Part shown: in pieces, positions 43,359 to 53,008 of the stretch
Layout of the letters: each line of letters begins with the position of its first letter
Numbering within the stretch: position 1 is the stretch's first letter
NCBI GenBank assembly: GCA_031421755.1
Contig: JANOPI010000575.1
Coordinates: 891 to 64,890, forward strand
DNA from: Flavobacteriales bacterium
Lineage (GTDB): Bacteria; Bacteroidota; Bacteroidia; Flavobacteriales_F; PHOS-HE28
Reading direction: 5' to 3'
Length of the DNA stretch: 64,000 nt
Translations under genes and position numbers: made by a program
The notes under the pieces: generated by a model
Databases searched by the model: none
Seen by the model: only the letters and a program-made list of their open reading frames with translations
What the model was told of the DNA's origin: nothing

Positions 43359-45296
43359 ATGAAGAGGATCAACATCGAGAAGGTCGTGGTACAGGGGTTC
43401 GGAACCTTTGTGCAGCCCTTCGTTTTCGAGATGGATCGTGGAGGCGTGAACATCGTTCGCGGAGTGAACGGCGCGGGTAAAACCACGCTGTTCTCCGCGC
43501 TCGTGTGGTGTCTCTATCAGATCAACTTGAAAGGCAGCTTGAACGATGCCGTTGCCACCTGGAAGAAGGAACGGCCGAAGGACTTCAAGGGCACTCGCGT
43601 GGTCACCACGTTGACAGTGGACGGTGAGAAGTACGCGATAGCGCGGCACCTGAAGTTCGACGGCAAGACCTACGGTGTGCCCGGAGAAAGCGACCTGTTG
43701 ATCTTCAAGGAAAATGCTGAGGGGGAACTGACCAAGGGGTGTCTGGTGTCCGACGTTCGTGGGAAAGCGGACAGCCAGATCCTGGTGGACAAGTTGATCG
43801 GTGTGGACTCGCGCACGTTCCTGAACAGCGTGATGTTCGTGCAACGGTCGAAGCGGTTCATCGAAGCCGATGCCGCAGAGAAGCGCAAGTTGCTGGAGGA
43901 GCTGTTCGATCTCGGGTTCGTTGAAGGCATGAAGGCCAAGGCGGACACCAAGTCCAAGGAGCTGCGCACCGAGCTGGACGAACAGACCAACGAGCGCGGC
44001 CGTATTGAGATCCGCAAGCAGGGGATCCAGGAGCGCATCGATGATGCGGAGAACGTGATTACGCAATGGAAGGAGCGCCAGAAGACTGCGCTCCAGCAAC
44101 TGGTCACCGAGGCCAAGGGCGTGCAGGACGAACATGACCGGAAGGAGAACGCTATCCGTGAGTGCGATGCCACGATCAAAGAGCTGAAGGCCGAATGTGG
44201 TGACACCAAGGCGACCAAGGCCATCACCACAACGATCAACACCACATGGCAAACGGCCCTGGACCTTGTGAGCGCGTCCAAGGCGTACGTGAACGATGTG
44301 AACCGAGAGATCAACCGGCTCGGGGAACAGATCAAGGACAAGGAACTTGATATCAAGAACGTCAAGACCGACTGCCCCACGTGCGGCTCCGCATTGAAGC
44401 CGATGGTGATCGCCGACGTGAAGAAGAAGCTGGGTGGTGAGCTGACCCGCCTGCGTACAGCCCTGGATCACCAAAAGGCCCTGCTGGTCACAGCAACGCA
44501 GAAGGCGACGGATGCCGGTACCGCGTACGAGCTGGCCACCAAGCGCAAGGAAAAGGAGGGCAACGTGCTCCAGCAGAAGTTGACCAAGTACACCCAGGCG
44601 GTACAGCAGCGGGACATTTACGCCGCGGATCTTCCTGGGCTCCAGCAACGGCACACGAAGCTCACCGAACAGATCGCCGCGAACAAGCGCGGTGATGGCA
44701 AGCCGGAGGTGGATGTGGCCGGCCTGGAGAAGCAGGCCCTGGAGCTGGCCGGCACCATCGTGGAACTGAACGAGGGCATCCTGAAGCTGGAGCGCCGGTT
44801 GGCCCGCTATGACTGGTGGAGGACCACCGGCCTTGGTTCCAAGGGGTTGAAGGCTTACGTGTTCTCCGCGATGCTGGAGCAACTGAACGTGTTCATCGAG
44901 AAGTACGCCGAGCGCATGGGCCTTGGCATCCGGTTCTCGGTGGACCTGACCAAGACCAGCGCACCGTTCGTGACCGAGTGCTACAAGGACGGCAACGTGG
45001 TGGACTACCGCGACCTGTCAGGCGGTGAAAAGCAGCGCATCGATATCGCGATGCTGTTCGCTATGCACGATCTTGTCAGTGGCCTCGTGAAGTTCAACGT
45101 GCTGATCATGGATGAAGTGTTCGAGGGGCTGGACCAGGAGGGCATGGAACAGGCGTTCGACATGATCCGCGTCAAGGGTGGTAAGGAGACGACCGTGTAC
45201 GTGATCACGCACAGCAGCCGCGTTGATACGCTCGGATGCCGCAGTATCGATGTGGTGAAGACGGACGGCCAGAGCAGTCTTCAAACCGCAGCGTGA
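43359..45296 (+). CDS. Rad50/SbcC-like ATPase (T4 gp46-like)
   Basis: Walker A GVNGAGKTTLFSAL, long coiled coil with a CPTCG zinc hook, signature LSGGEKQRIDIA, Walker B LIMDEVFEGLD. Confidence 0.85.
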   Translation: MKRINIEKVVVQGFGTFVQPFVFEMDRGGVNIVRGVNGAGKTTLFSALVWCLYQINLKGSLNDAVATWKKERPKDFKGTRVVTTLTVDGEKYAIARHLKFDGKTYGVPGESDLLIFKENAEGELTKGCLVSDVRGKADSQILVDKLIGVDSRTFLNSVMFVQRSKRFIEADAAEKRKLLEELFDLGFVEGMKAKADTKSKELRTELDEQTNERGRIEIRKQGIQERIDDAENVITQWKERQKTALQQLVTEAKGVQDEHDRKENAIRECDATIKELKAECGDTKATKAITTTINTTWQTALDLVSASKAYVNDVNREINRLGEQIKDKELDIKNVKTDCPTCGSALKPMVIADVKKKLGGELTRLRTALDHQKALLVTATQKATDAGTAYELATKRKEKEGNVLQQKLTKYTQAVQQRDIYAADLPGLQQRHTKLTEQIAANKRGDGKPEVDVAGLEKQALELAGTIVELNEGILKLERRLARYDWWRTTGLGSKGLKAYVFSAMLEQLNVFIEKYAERMGLGIRFSVDLTKTSAPFVTECYKDGNVVDYRDLSGGEKQRIDIAMLFAMHDLVSGLVKFNVLIMDEVFEGLDQEGMEQAFDMIRVKGGKETTVYVITHSSRVDTLGCRSIDVVKTDGQSSLQTAA

Positions 45297-45559
45297 TGGC
45301 CTTCAAGTCCGGGTTCAAGATCAGGAAGGCCCCCGAACGTCGGGAGAGCGAACCGGATGAGGTGGTGGAGTACATCGAGCTGAAGGCCACCACGGACAAG
45401 GCGATCCTGTTCACGTTCGAGGTGATCGACAAGGAGCGGCACAAGGTGCTCGTTGATCGGTGGATCCCGAAAAAGTTCGTGCAGGTGGACACTGAGAAAA
45501 AGGAAGTCAGCATCCCGCGCTGGCTTTACCTACGCGAATGGGGGCATCAATATGGGTAA
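45296..45559 (+). CDS. hypothetical protein
   Basis: Internal ATG 45296 (MAFKSGFKIRK..), TGATG overlap. Confidence 0.5.
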   Translation: MAFKSGFKIRKAPERRESEPDEVVEYIELKATTDKAILFTFEVIDKERHKVLVDRWIPKKFVQVDTEKKEVSIPRWLYLREWGHQYG

Positions 45560-46142
45560 CCGACTGATAGAGCATGATCTGTTCGGTACGGAGCCGAGGC
45601 CCAAGCGCGTGAACGGTGACGCCAAGGGGAAGAACAACGAGCGCACGTGCGCTCGCTGGCTTTCCAAGTGGACCGGTGCGCAGTTCAACCGCACGCCCCA
45701 GAGCGGTGGCATGCACCTGAAGAACCAGCTTTTCTGTGGTGATCTTGTTTGCATCACCGAGGGGTTCTACTTCCCCTTCGTGATCGAGACGAAGCACCTG
45801 AAGAACCTGCACGTGACGCCGGACCTGCGGGATAATTCCAAGCTGTTCACCATCTTCAGGCAGGCCAAGCGTGATGCGGACCGCATCGGCAAGCGGCCCA
45901 TGTGCTTGATCCGGTGCAACCGTATGGCCGCCGGTGAGTACGTGCTGATCCTGGAGGACGAGTTCAGCTACAAGCTGGCCGCCGATGCGTTTACCAGGGG
46001 GATCGAGCATATCGCCTATGGCCAGAGCCGAGCCGATGACTTGACGATCAGGGCGTGGATCGCTACGGACCTGCGGGATGTGTACAAGTGGGAACGTTTC
46101 TGCCGGCTGTTGGGTATAACAGGGTCTAAGCTCCCTGCCTGA
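45552..46142 (+). CDS. PD-(D/E)xK nuclease, Hjc-like putative Holliday junction resolvase
   Basis: GKNNERTCARWLSKWTGAQFNRTPQSGG..CGDLVC..FVIETKHLKN follows the archaeal Hjc pattern (ER..L..G..R.P.S..D...E.K). Confidence 0.55.
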   Translation: MGNRLIEHDLFGTEPRPKRVNGDAKGKNNERTCARWLSKWTGAQFNRTPQSGGMHLKNQLFCGDLVCITEGFYFPFVIETKHLKNLHVTPDLRDNSKLFTIFRQAKRDADRIGKRPMCLIRCNRMAAGEYVLILEDEFSYKLAADAFTRGIEHIAYGQSRADDLTIRAWIATDLRDVYKWERFCRLLGITGSKLPA

Positions 46143-46555
46143 TGGAACCTGAAACGTCGATCTTTTCCGCCATTGTAGCTGCCTTCGTTGGTGGTATGCA
46201 AGGCTTTTTCGCCCTTGTGGACTGGCCCTTTCTCATGGCGCTGATCGTGGCCGTGTTCCTTTCCAACCTCGTACTGCCAGCGACCGCGGATCTGCCCCGC
46301 ATGCTGCGCTGGGTGGGCATGCACCGTTACCGTGTGCCCACCATCGCCTTCGGTATGGCCTGGGTGTTCCTGGTGTTCCGGGACTATGCGGATATCAACC
46401 GCGCCCTGGTGCTCACGTACTTCCTCACGCTGATCTTCAGCATGTGCCTCAATATCTGGTTCCTGGACAAGCCGGCGGACCACTTCGCCCGCAAGTACCC
46501 GTGGCTGAAGCTGCTGTTGAAAGGCCGCGATCCCGAGCCCGCCCCATGCAAGTGA
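46142..46555 (+). CDS. putative holin (4 predicted TM segments)
   Basis: 137 aa with four hydrophobic stretches, two genes upstream of the endolysin. Confidence 0.45.
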   Translation: MEPETSIFSAIVAAFVGGMQGFFALVDWPFLMALIVAVFLSNLVLPATADLPRMLRWVGMHRYRVPTIAFGMAWVFLVFRDYADINRALVLTYFLTLIFSMCLNIWFLDKPADHFARKYPWLKLLLKGRDPEPAPCK

Positions 46556-47211
46556 AAAAGGGCTGGATCGAGAACGGCATCGTGGTGGTGCTGGCGGTCA
46601 TGTGTTTTCTTGCTATGCGCCAGTGTGCCAGCAATGGCCAGGAACGCGATGATGCTATCCGCACCATCGGCCATCGTGATACCGTCATAGATGTATTCTG
46701 GGACAAGATGGGCCGCCAGCACAATATCATCCGCGAGCGCGAGATGAGCGTGCAGGTGTTGGAAGAGTCCCACGATAGCGAGCTGGTGGCCCTGCGTGCT
46801 GATTACGAGGGCAAGTTGAAGAACCTCCAGAGCCGTACCGTTGTGCGCGTGGTGACCACGGACACCGTGCAAACGGTAGTGCATGACACCATCCGCCCCG
46901 ATGGGGAGAAGGGCCGCACGTTCGAGTACAGCGATGAGTGGGCCAGGATCCACGGTTCCCTGTTCGATACCACCGCATCGCTGGCTTACGCTTTCCGTAC
47001 CGGTGTAACGCTGGATCGCATGTGGAAGCGGCCCAAGTGGTACAAGCGCAAAGAGCTGTACCTGGATGTGCGCATGGACAACCCGCATGCGATGCTCCAG
47101 AACGTGCAGACGTTCGTGATCACCCCCGAGCGCAAGAAGTGGTGGCAGACGGACCTTGCGAAATGCCTTGGATCCTTCGCACTCGGGCAATACCTTGGCA
47201 CCCGCAAATGA
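46546..47211 (+). CDS. N-terminally membrane-anchored protein (lysis accessory / spanin-like?)
   Basis: Start MQVKKGWIENGIVVVLAVMCFLAM (signal anchor). It lies between the holin-like gene and the endolysin. Confidence 0.4.
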   Translation: MQVKKGWIENGIVVVLAVMCFLAMRQCASNGQERDDAIRTIGHRDTVIDVFWDKMGRQHNIIREREMSVQVLEESHDSELVALRADYEGKLKNLQSRTVVRVVTTDTVQTVVHDTIRPDGEKGRTFEYSDEWARIHGSLFDTTASLAYAFRTGVTLDRMWKRPKWYKRKELYLDVRMDNPHAMLQNVQTFVITPERKKWWQTDLAKCLGSFALGQYLGTRK

Positions 47212-48056
47212 ACCCGACGCACGCAATAGGTCAGGAGATCCTGAAGCAGCTCGGGTACTACACCGGCCGCATTGACGGTGAAGTGGGGCCGGCCACCATG
47301 CGCGCGCTCGCTGCGGTGAACGGCAACAAGGGGGAGGTGCCGGTGCATGCCATCCTGAAAGAGCCCTGGAGCGATGAGCGCAAGCTGGTAGCATTTGTCC
47401 AGAGCTACGCCACGATGCTGGACCTGGATGCCGGCGAAGTGGACGGGCTCGTGGGACCGCAAACGCTGTTCGTGGTCGATCAACTGGAGGAGCTGGTGCG
47501 CACCGGAAAGTTCCCGGACCCGTGGCGTGATGATGCCAAGGCACCCGACGCGCGAACGAAGAAGCTGATCACCGTCAACCCGAACGGGTGGCCAATGATG
47601 GATGAGAAGTCCATGTTCGCTTTCTATGGGCAGGTGGGCAGCGACCAAGTGACTTTGGAACTTCCGTACCCCATGCGTCTGGCGTGGGAGGAGAAGCACG
47701 TGGTGAAGGCCCTGACATGCCACCGCAAGGTCCATGACAGCATGGGCCGCGTCCTTGCCGGCGTGCTGGGCCAGTACGGGGCCAAGGCGATCACGGAGCT
47801 GGGCCTGGACCTGTTCGGTGGATGCTTGAACGTCCGTAAGCAACGGGGCGGTTCTCAGTGGTCTATACACGCCTGGGGCGCGGCCCTGGACATTGACCCG
47901 CTGCGCAACCAGTTGAAGTGGGGGCGCGACAAGGCAACGCTGGACGCGGCCGCTTACGATACTTGGTGGAAGCTGTGGGAGAAAGAGGGCTGGGTCAGCC
48001 TTGGCCGAAACAAGAATTTTGACTGGATGCACGTCCAGGCAGCAAAACTGAAGTGA
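47208..48056 (+). CDS. endolysin: PG-binding domain + M15 (VanY-like) peptidase
   Basis: Start MNPTHA (ATGA overlap). LGYYTGRIDGEVGPATMRAL resembles PG_binding_1. SQWSIHAWGAALDIDP and NFDWMHVQ look like M15 zinc-ligand motifs. Confidence 0.75.
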   Translation: MNPTHAIGQEILKQLGYYTGRIDGEVGPATMRALAAVNGNKGEVPVHAILKEPWSDERKLVAFVQSYATMLDLDAGEVDGLVGPQTLFVVDQLEELVRTGKFPDPWRDDAKAPDARTKKLITVNPNGWPMMDEKSMFAFYGQVGSDQVTLELPYPMRLAWEEKHVVKALTCHRKVHDSMGRVLAGVLGQYGAKAITELGLDLFGGCLNVRKQRGGSQWSIHAWGAALDIDPLRNQLKWGRDKATLDAAAYDTWWKLWEKEGWVSLGRNKNFDWMHVQAAKLK

Positions 48057-48307
48057 TGGCGAACCTGAAGAAGAAGACCAAGGCCCTGGTTGACGGCATC
48101 GCCGAACCGGTGGCCATTGAGAGCCAGCGCGCGTTCTGCAAGCGTCACAAGGGCCTCACGCCTTCGGCGCTGCGGTACGCGCGCCTGCACAATATGATCG
48201 ACGTGTGGCAGGACGGCTACACCCTGGTGGTCCTGTTGACCGAGAAGACTTTGGCCTACGCGCCGAACAAACACAAGAACCGCCGCGTACGAAAGGCCGT
48301 CAGGTAG
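48053..48307 (+). CDS. hypothetical basic protein
   Basis: 84-aa ORF with an ATGA overlap. Confidence 0.5.
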   Translation: MMANLKKKTKALVDGIAEPVAIESQRAFCKRHKGLTPSALRYARLHNMIDVWQDGYTLVVLLTEKTLAYAPNKHKNRRVRKAVR

Positions 48308-48333
48308 TGTTAGTGGTTCATCTGAAGGGTCAG

Positions 48334-48370
48334 GAAAGGGGTCGCAGGCAGCGGCCCCTTTCCGCGTTTT
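48334..48370 (+). terminator. rho-independent terminator-like hairpin
   Basis: ggaaaggggtcgc-aggca-gcggcccctttcc followed by gcgtttt. Confidence 0.6.
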
Positions 48371-48413
48371 GTCACTTTGTGTAAATTTCTGCGTAGTATT
48401 GCCCTGCCCAAAC
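48368..48413 (+). promoter_or_regulatory. class-B promoter-like element (B3)
   Basis: TTTG(48368)-N22-TAGTATTG(48394-48401)-ccctgcccaaac, with the ATG 12 nt downstream. GTCACTT lies in the spacer. Confidence 0.35.
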
Positions 48414-48425
48414 AAGCAGAGCAAC

Positions 48426-48947
48426 ATGAACACAGAGATCCGTTACGTTGACAAGAGAGGTGCGCACGATACGCCTTCCTACCCCATGCACCCAGGGGCC
48501 GTTCACGATCCAAAGGATCCTGAGTTCAAGGCGTGGAACTTCGGTGCGTACGTTATCGATCGTGCCGGTATCCAGTGGTTGCTCACCGAGCACAGCACGT
48601 ATGCCTCCGCAGTGGATGCCCAGGCCGAGTTCTGGACCAACTACGCGGAGCTGGTGGCACGGCTCACCGATGCCATCACTGGAACGCATACCCAGAACAT
48701 GGGGCGCGCTATGCGATACCACCAAACGGTCGGTGATCACACCGAACGCATCCAGCGCATCCTCTCTGTGGCTGAAGCGTTCACGTGGAAGCATTTCGGG
48801 TTCGTGTGGGGAGTCGATGACTTCATCCGTTACGGTGAACGTCAGGAGCTGCCGCCCTTCGGTGCGGACTTCAACAAGGCCGTGATGCGTTGCGGCGAAG
48901 CGTTCGAGCTGTCCGGCTTCAAGGTGCCCACGCTGCTGCTGGACTGA
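48426..48947 (+). CDS. hypothetical protein
   Basis: First ATG after the promoter-like element (MNTEIRYVDKRG..). Confidence 0.55.
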   Translation: MNTEIRYVDKRGAHDTPSYPMHPGAVHDPKDPEFKAWNFGAYVIDRAGIQWLLTEHSTYASAVDAQAEFWTNYAELVARLTDAITGTHTQNMGRAMRYHQTVGDHTERIQRILSVAEAFTWKHFGFVWGVDDFIRYGERQELPPFGADFNKAVMRCGEAFELSGFKVPTLLLD

Positions 48948-49501
48948 TGCCATACCGTTCGAGCATATCGGTTTACACCGATGGCGCTTGCGATAACACC
49001 GGCTCCGGCAATGTCGGGCGCGCTATCGGCCTGGGGATCGTGCTCCAGGTCGGTAGCGAGTACCGGATCCTGGAGGCCGTACACGGCGAACCCGGCACGT
49101 CGAACGTGGCCGAATGGTTGGCACTGTACCGAGGACTTGCCCATGTCGCAGCATTGGCCAACACGCCCGAGTTCCGTGAACCCGGAGCCACCATCGTGAT
49201 GCGCCTGGACAGTCAGCTCGTGGTGAACCAGATGAACCGCGTTTGGTTGGTGAACGATCCGACACTGGCCAACTACTTCCGTGGCTGCGTGGAGATGGAG
49301 TCGATGATCGCCAAGCTGGGGCATCACATTTCGTTCGTGTGGATCCCGCGCGAGCAGAACGACATAGCGGACCAGCTCAGTAAGATCGGCCGCAGGACAC
49401 TGGACGTGAAGCGCCCGAGCTGGGAGCGTTTCAATACCCTGGATGATGTACGCACACGCCTTGAAAGCCTCTACCGATATGCAACCGCAAGTGATGACTG
49501 A
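48947..49501 (+). CDS. RNase H (RNase HI fold)
   Basis: Start MPYRSSISVYTDGAC. NVAEWLALYRGL, RLDSQLVVNQM and IPREQNDIADQLSK match the D-E-D-D motif layout. Confidence 0.75.
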   Translation: MPYRSSISVYTDGACDNTGSGNVGRAIGLGIVLQVGSEYRILEAVHGEPGTSNVAEWLALYRGLAHVAALANTPEFREPGATIVMRLDSQLVVNQMNRVWLVNDPTLANYFRGCVEMESMIAKLGHHISFVWIPREQNDIADQLSKIGRRTLDVKRPSWERFNTLDDVRTRLESLYRYATASDD

Positions 49502-51035
49502 CCGCGAGACGTTCCTGTTGACACTGCCCGAGCCCAAGGACCGCCCAACACGTACCGCCAAGGCGTACGTCCAGGGCATGCCGGATGTATCGATGCTCAA
49601 CGCTGATCAGGCCACCGCGTACACGGGCCTTCAGCAGTTTTTCACGATCAGCGAGCAGGCCCTGACCAGTGGCCAGCTCCAGTTGCTCACCAAGAAGTAC
49701 AAATGGGCGCTGCCCGAGCCCGGTCAAACGGCCGCGCGGTTCGCATTGCTGAAAGGCTACGCCGGCACCGGCAAGACTTTCCTCGTGGGCAAGGCGGTGC
49801 ATTACTACCTCTCAGCATCGCGCACCAGGAAGGTTTGCATGACCGCGCCAACGAACAAGGCCGTGAAGATCATGCGCGAGCAGGCCACGTACGCGCACAC
49901 GAACCTGGAGTACATGACGGTGCATAGCCTGCTGGCCCTGCGTGAACAGATCACCAACGACGGCAAGCAGGTGTTCGTGCGCGATCAAAAGCGGGAGCCC
50001 CAGGTCCAGGAGTTCGATCTGATCATCATCGACGAGGTGTCCATGCTGGACGATAGCCTGTTCGATATGCTGTTCGATGAGATGCAAGCGTGCAACGTGC
50101 AGGTGCTGTTCGTTGGTGACCCGTGCCAGATACCACCGGTGAACCGCGTGGACTGTATCCCGTTCAATACCGAGAAGCAGGCACAGTATGGCATCCAGGT
50201 GTTCGAGCTGACCACCATCGTGCGCCAAGCTGAAGGCAACCCGTTGATAGTGGCAACGCTGAAGATCCGCAACGGCCTGCGGTTCGAGGAGCTGGACCTG
50301 GGCGGTGACCGCATCACGGACCAGGGCGGGGTGATCGAGCTATCGAGTGCCGACCCCGACGATATGGGGCTGGCCATGACCACCATGCGCACCTACTTCA
50401 CCAGCGAGAATTTCACGCGGGATCCCGACTTCTTCAAGGTGATCGCATGGACCAACAAGACGGTGGACGCGACGAACGACTTGGTGCGCACGTTCCTCTA
50501 CGGTAAGAAGCGTCGGCTACTTGAGATAGGTGAACGCCTGATCGCCAATACGCCGGTGATGCGGAGAGAAACGATCCAGCACAACACGAACGACGAGCTG
50601 CTGGTGTTGTCCTTCATCGTGAAAGAGGATCCGATCAATGACGGGCTCTACAAGATCAAATACTACGAGGTCCAGGTGGAACACTTGGGCAAGAACGGCA
50701 CAACGCAGCAGAGCGTGATATGGGTGGTACACGAGGACAGCGTGCCCGAGTTCGGCACCATCGTGAAAGAGCTGGCCGCACACGCCAAGCGTCAACCGAA
50801 GGGCAGCGTGCTCAGTGGTCAGGCGTGGCGTGAGTTCTTCCAGTTCCAGCGGCGCTATGCCGATGTGAAGTACAATTATGCCATCACCGCGCACAAGTCC
50901 CAGGGCAGCACGTACGACAACGTGATGGTGATGCTGTACGATGTGGCCAAGAACCCCCGCGTGGTGGAACGCAACCGCATCCTCTACACCGCGTGCAGCC
51001 GGCCACGGAAGAAGTTGGTGTTGGTCGGATGGTAG
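49494..51035 (+). CDS. SF1 helicase, Dda/RecD-like
   Basis: GYAGTGKTFLVGKAV, LIIIDEVSMLD, FVGDPCQIPPV, TAHKSQGSTYDNV. An alternative start is at 49479. Confidence 0.8.
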   Translation: MTDRETFLLTLPEPKDRPTRTAKAYVQGMPDVSMLNADQATAYTGLQQFFTISEQALTSGQLQLLTKKYKWALPEPGQTAARFALLKGYAGTGKTFLVGKAVHYYLSASRTRKVCMTAPTNKAVKIMREQATYAHTNLEYMTVHSLLALREQITNDGKQVFVRDQKREPQVQEFDLIIIDEVSMLDDSLFDMLFDEMQACNVQVLFVGDPCQIPPVNRVDCIPFNTEKQAQYGIQVFELTTIVRQAEGNPLIVATLKIRNGLRFEELDLGGDRITDQGGVIELSSADPDDMGLAMTTMRTYFTSENFTRDPDFFKVIAWTNKTVDATNDLVRTFLYGKKRRLLEIGERLIANTPVMRRETIQHNTNDELLVLSFIVKEDPINDGLYKIKYYEVQVEHLGKNGTTQQSVIWVVHEDSVPEFGTIVKELAAHAKRQPKGSVLSGQAWREFFQFQRRYADVKYNYAITAHKSQGSTYDNVMVMLYDVAKNPRVVERNRILYTACSRPRKKLVLVGW

Positions 51036-51097
51036 GATGTACGTATACTTGCGGCTCGGATAGGCTCCGCTCTCCCGAGCGTATCTTGTCTGGGCAA

Positions 51098-51130
51098 GGA
51101 AGCACCCGCGAGGGTGCTTCTTCCGTTTGT
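51098..51130 (+). terminator. rho-independent terminator-like hairpin
   Basis: ggaagcaccc-gcga-gggtgcttc followed by ttccgtttgt. Confidence 0.6.
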
Positions 51131-51136
51131 AGGAAT

Positions 51137-51179
51137 TTTGCACTTCGTGAAATTGTTCCTACACTTGCGCTGCCCAGAC
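51137..51179 (+). promoter_or_regulatory. class-B promoter (B4)
   Basis: TTTG(51137)-N19-TACACTTG(51160-51167)-cgctgcccagac. Confidence 0.5.
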
Positions 51180-51201
51180 CAAGAGCCTTTAACCCCACAT
51201 C

Positions 51202-51687
51202 ATGATGGACACGAAACTGTTGACACTGAACTTGAACGGTGAACGCACCCTTGCTGCGATCACGGAGATGATCGGCACGCGCCCGCTCGATGCGGATAGC
51301 CTTGCCATGGACTTGCAAACCAAGATGCGCGCAGGCCCGGTGCTGTTCGTGTTCGAGAAAGCGGACGGCACCGCACGTATGGCCCTGGGCACGCTGGACC
51401 CCAAGCACATCCCCCAGAAGACGGCGGAGCTGTTCAGTGAACTGATGACCACGGTGGAAGCCGTCGAACGCGTACACACCGAACTGATCAACGGCAACAA
51501 GAGCCAGGAGGCCCTGGTGGAACCGATCAAGGCCATGCAACTGGCCAGGGTCGCAATGGTCCAGGAGCGCGTGGAACGCATCGAACAAGGCGATACCAAG
51601 CCGGGGAACGTCACGTACTTCGATCTGGGGGCAATGGCTTGGCGCTCGTGCCTGAAAGCCAAGCTGCTGCTGGTTATCTCAGCGTAA
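51202..51687 (+). CDS. hypothetical protein
   Basis: 161-aa ORF downstream of B4. Confidence 0.55.
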   Translation: MMDTKLLTLNLNGERTLAAITEMIGTRPLDADSLAMDLQTKMRAGPVLFVFEKADGTARMALGTLDPKHIPQKTAELFSELMTTVEAVERVHTELINGNKSQEALVEPIKAMQLARVAMVQERVERIEQGDTKPGNVTYFDLGAMAWRSCLKAKLLLVISA

Positions 51688-51788
51688 GCGCGAACTGCGA
51701 ACGACATTCCCATCCTTGTCGCACTTGCGACCCTCAACGAACATCACTCCCCCCTACAATACGATAGTATTGTAATGAAAGCAAGCCC

Positions 51789-52337
51789 ATGACCGCAACA
51801 ACCAGAGTTCAAGCCTTCGTGATCAAGTACGCGATGGCCGAGCGCGCGGAGAAGAAAAGTGACTTGGCGCGCAGCATTTACCTGGAGCTGTTACGTGACC
51901 CCGACATGAAGGGCCTGCCCACTGGGGAGCTGTTGGGGCGTGCAGTGGACAAAGCCACCGAGGTGGAAGGGGAGATAGATGCGCACTTCGGGAAGGGTGC
52001 CCGCTTCGGTACCCGTGCCATGCTTCCGCAGCTAACGGGTGTTACCCGCGATGAAGCCCAGGCCATGGAGTTCGTTCTGGACGCGATGGAGGAGCACGGT
52101 GTGGAAGTTGTGGCGAACCGTCACGCCGAACTACTGGGCCAACTGCTTACCCCTCAGAACATCACGCCAAAACCGCTACCCGATGCAAAAGCTACACAAC
52201 AGCGCCATGATCAACTCTTGCAAGATCAACAGGCCCTGGATGAACGCCGAAAGGAGCCAAGCCCGGATGAGGGCGGTGAAACACCTCCTGATCCTGAGCC
52301 AACTGGGTCTGATGGTGGCGAAGGTGATAAGCCCTGA
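51789..52337 (+). CDS. hypothetical acidic protein
   Basis: 182-aa ORF. The palindrome TACAATAC-gata-GTATTGTA lies about 15 nt upstream. Confidence 0.5.
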   Translation: MTATTRVQAFVIKYAMAERAEKKSDLARSIYLELLRDPDMKGLPTGELLGRAVDKATEVEGEIDAHFGKGARFGTRAMLPQLTGVTRDEAQAMEFVLDAMEEHGVEVVANRHAELLGQLLTPQNITPKPLPDAKATQQRHDQLLQDQQALDERRKEPSPDEGGETPPDPEPTGSDGGEGDKP

Positions 52338-52491
52338 CGCGGTGCAATGGGGGCACGTGTTCTGGCCGCTGTACGTGTTCCTGGGAGTACCGGGGATGCT
52401 GTATGTATCGACCCTCACGCTGATGTGGTGCCAAGGTGCCACGTTGCACGACTTTAACCCGAAGATGACGCCGGCGCATGGGACCAGTTAA
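52312..52491 (+). CDS. possible small membrane protein (start uncertain)
   Basis: MVAKVISPDAVQWGHVFWPLYVFLGVPGMLYVSTLTLMWC.. has one clear TM segment. An alternative start is at 52267. Confidence 0.3.
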   Translation: MVAKVISPDAVQWGHVFWPLYVFLGVPGMLYVSTLTLMWCQGATLHDFNPKMTPAHGTS

Positions 52492-53008
52492 CGAGGAATA
52501 CAAAGGGTTCAAGATCTACCAGACAGGCAAGGCCCCGGTGTACGGTGGCGATGGGTCATGGAAAACCTACCTGCTGGTGCGCAGGTCGGGAGCAGCTACA
52601 GCCGAGCATCGTTTCCATTATTCGCTGGGCAATGGTGACTCCAAACGCAAGGCATTGGCTGATGCTAAGAAGTGGATCGATGACAAGGTGCGCGGAGTGG
52701 TGATCCCGGAGGCCATTGTGGTGGGCACCAGCCCCGGCAAGAAGCGGTTCAAGGGCACCATGGCCCTGCCCGCCGAGAAGATCACGGACGCAGTGCTCGT
52801 GGATGATGCCAAGCCGCCGGCGCTGGACATGCGCAAGCTGGAGGCCCTGGACTTCGGGCAAGAGCCTGACACTGAGGGGAAACTGAAGTGGAAGGACAAC
52901 CTGGACACCTTCAACAAGGGCAAAACGCCCCCCAGGAAGGCCCCAAAAGGTGCCCGTAGCGCCCCGAAGTCGGCACGAGCCCCATCCTTGCCCGAGGATG
53001 ACTACTGA
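52478..53008 (+). CDS. hypothetical protein
   Basis: 176-aa ORF with a Lys/Pro-rich C-terminus. Confidence 0.5.
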   Translation: MGPVNEEYKGFKIYQTGKAPVYGGDGSWKTYLLVRRSGAATAEHRFHYSLGNGDSKRKALADAKKWIDDKVRGVVIPEAIVVGTSPGKKRFKGTMALPAEKITDAVLVDDAKPPALDMRKLEALDFGQEPDTEGKLKWKDNLDTFNKGKTPPRKAPKGARSAPKSARAPSLPEDDY

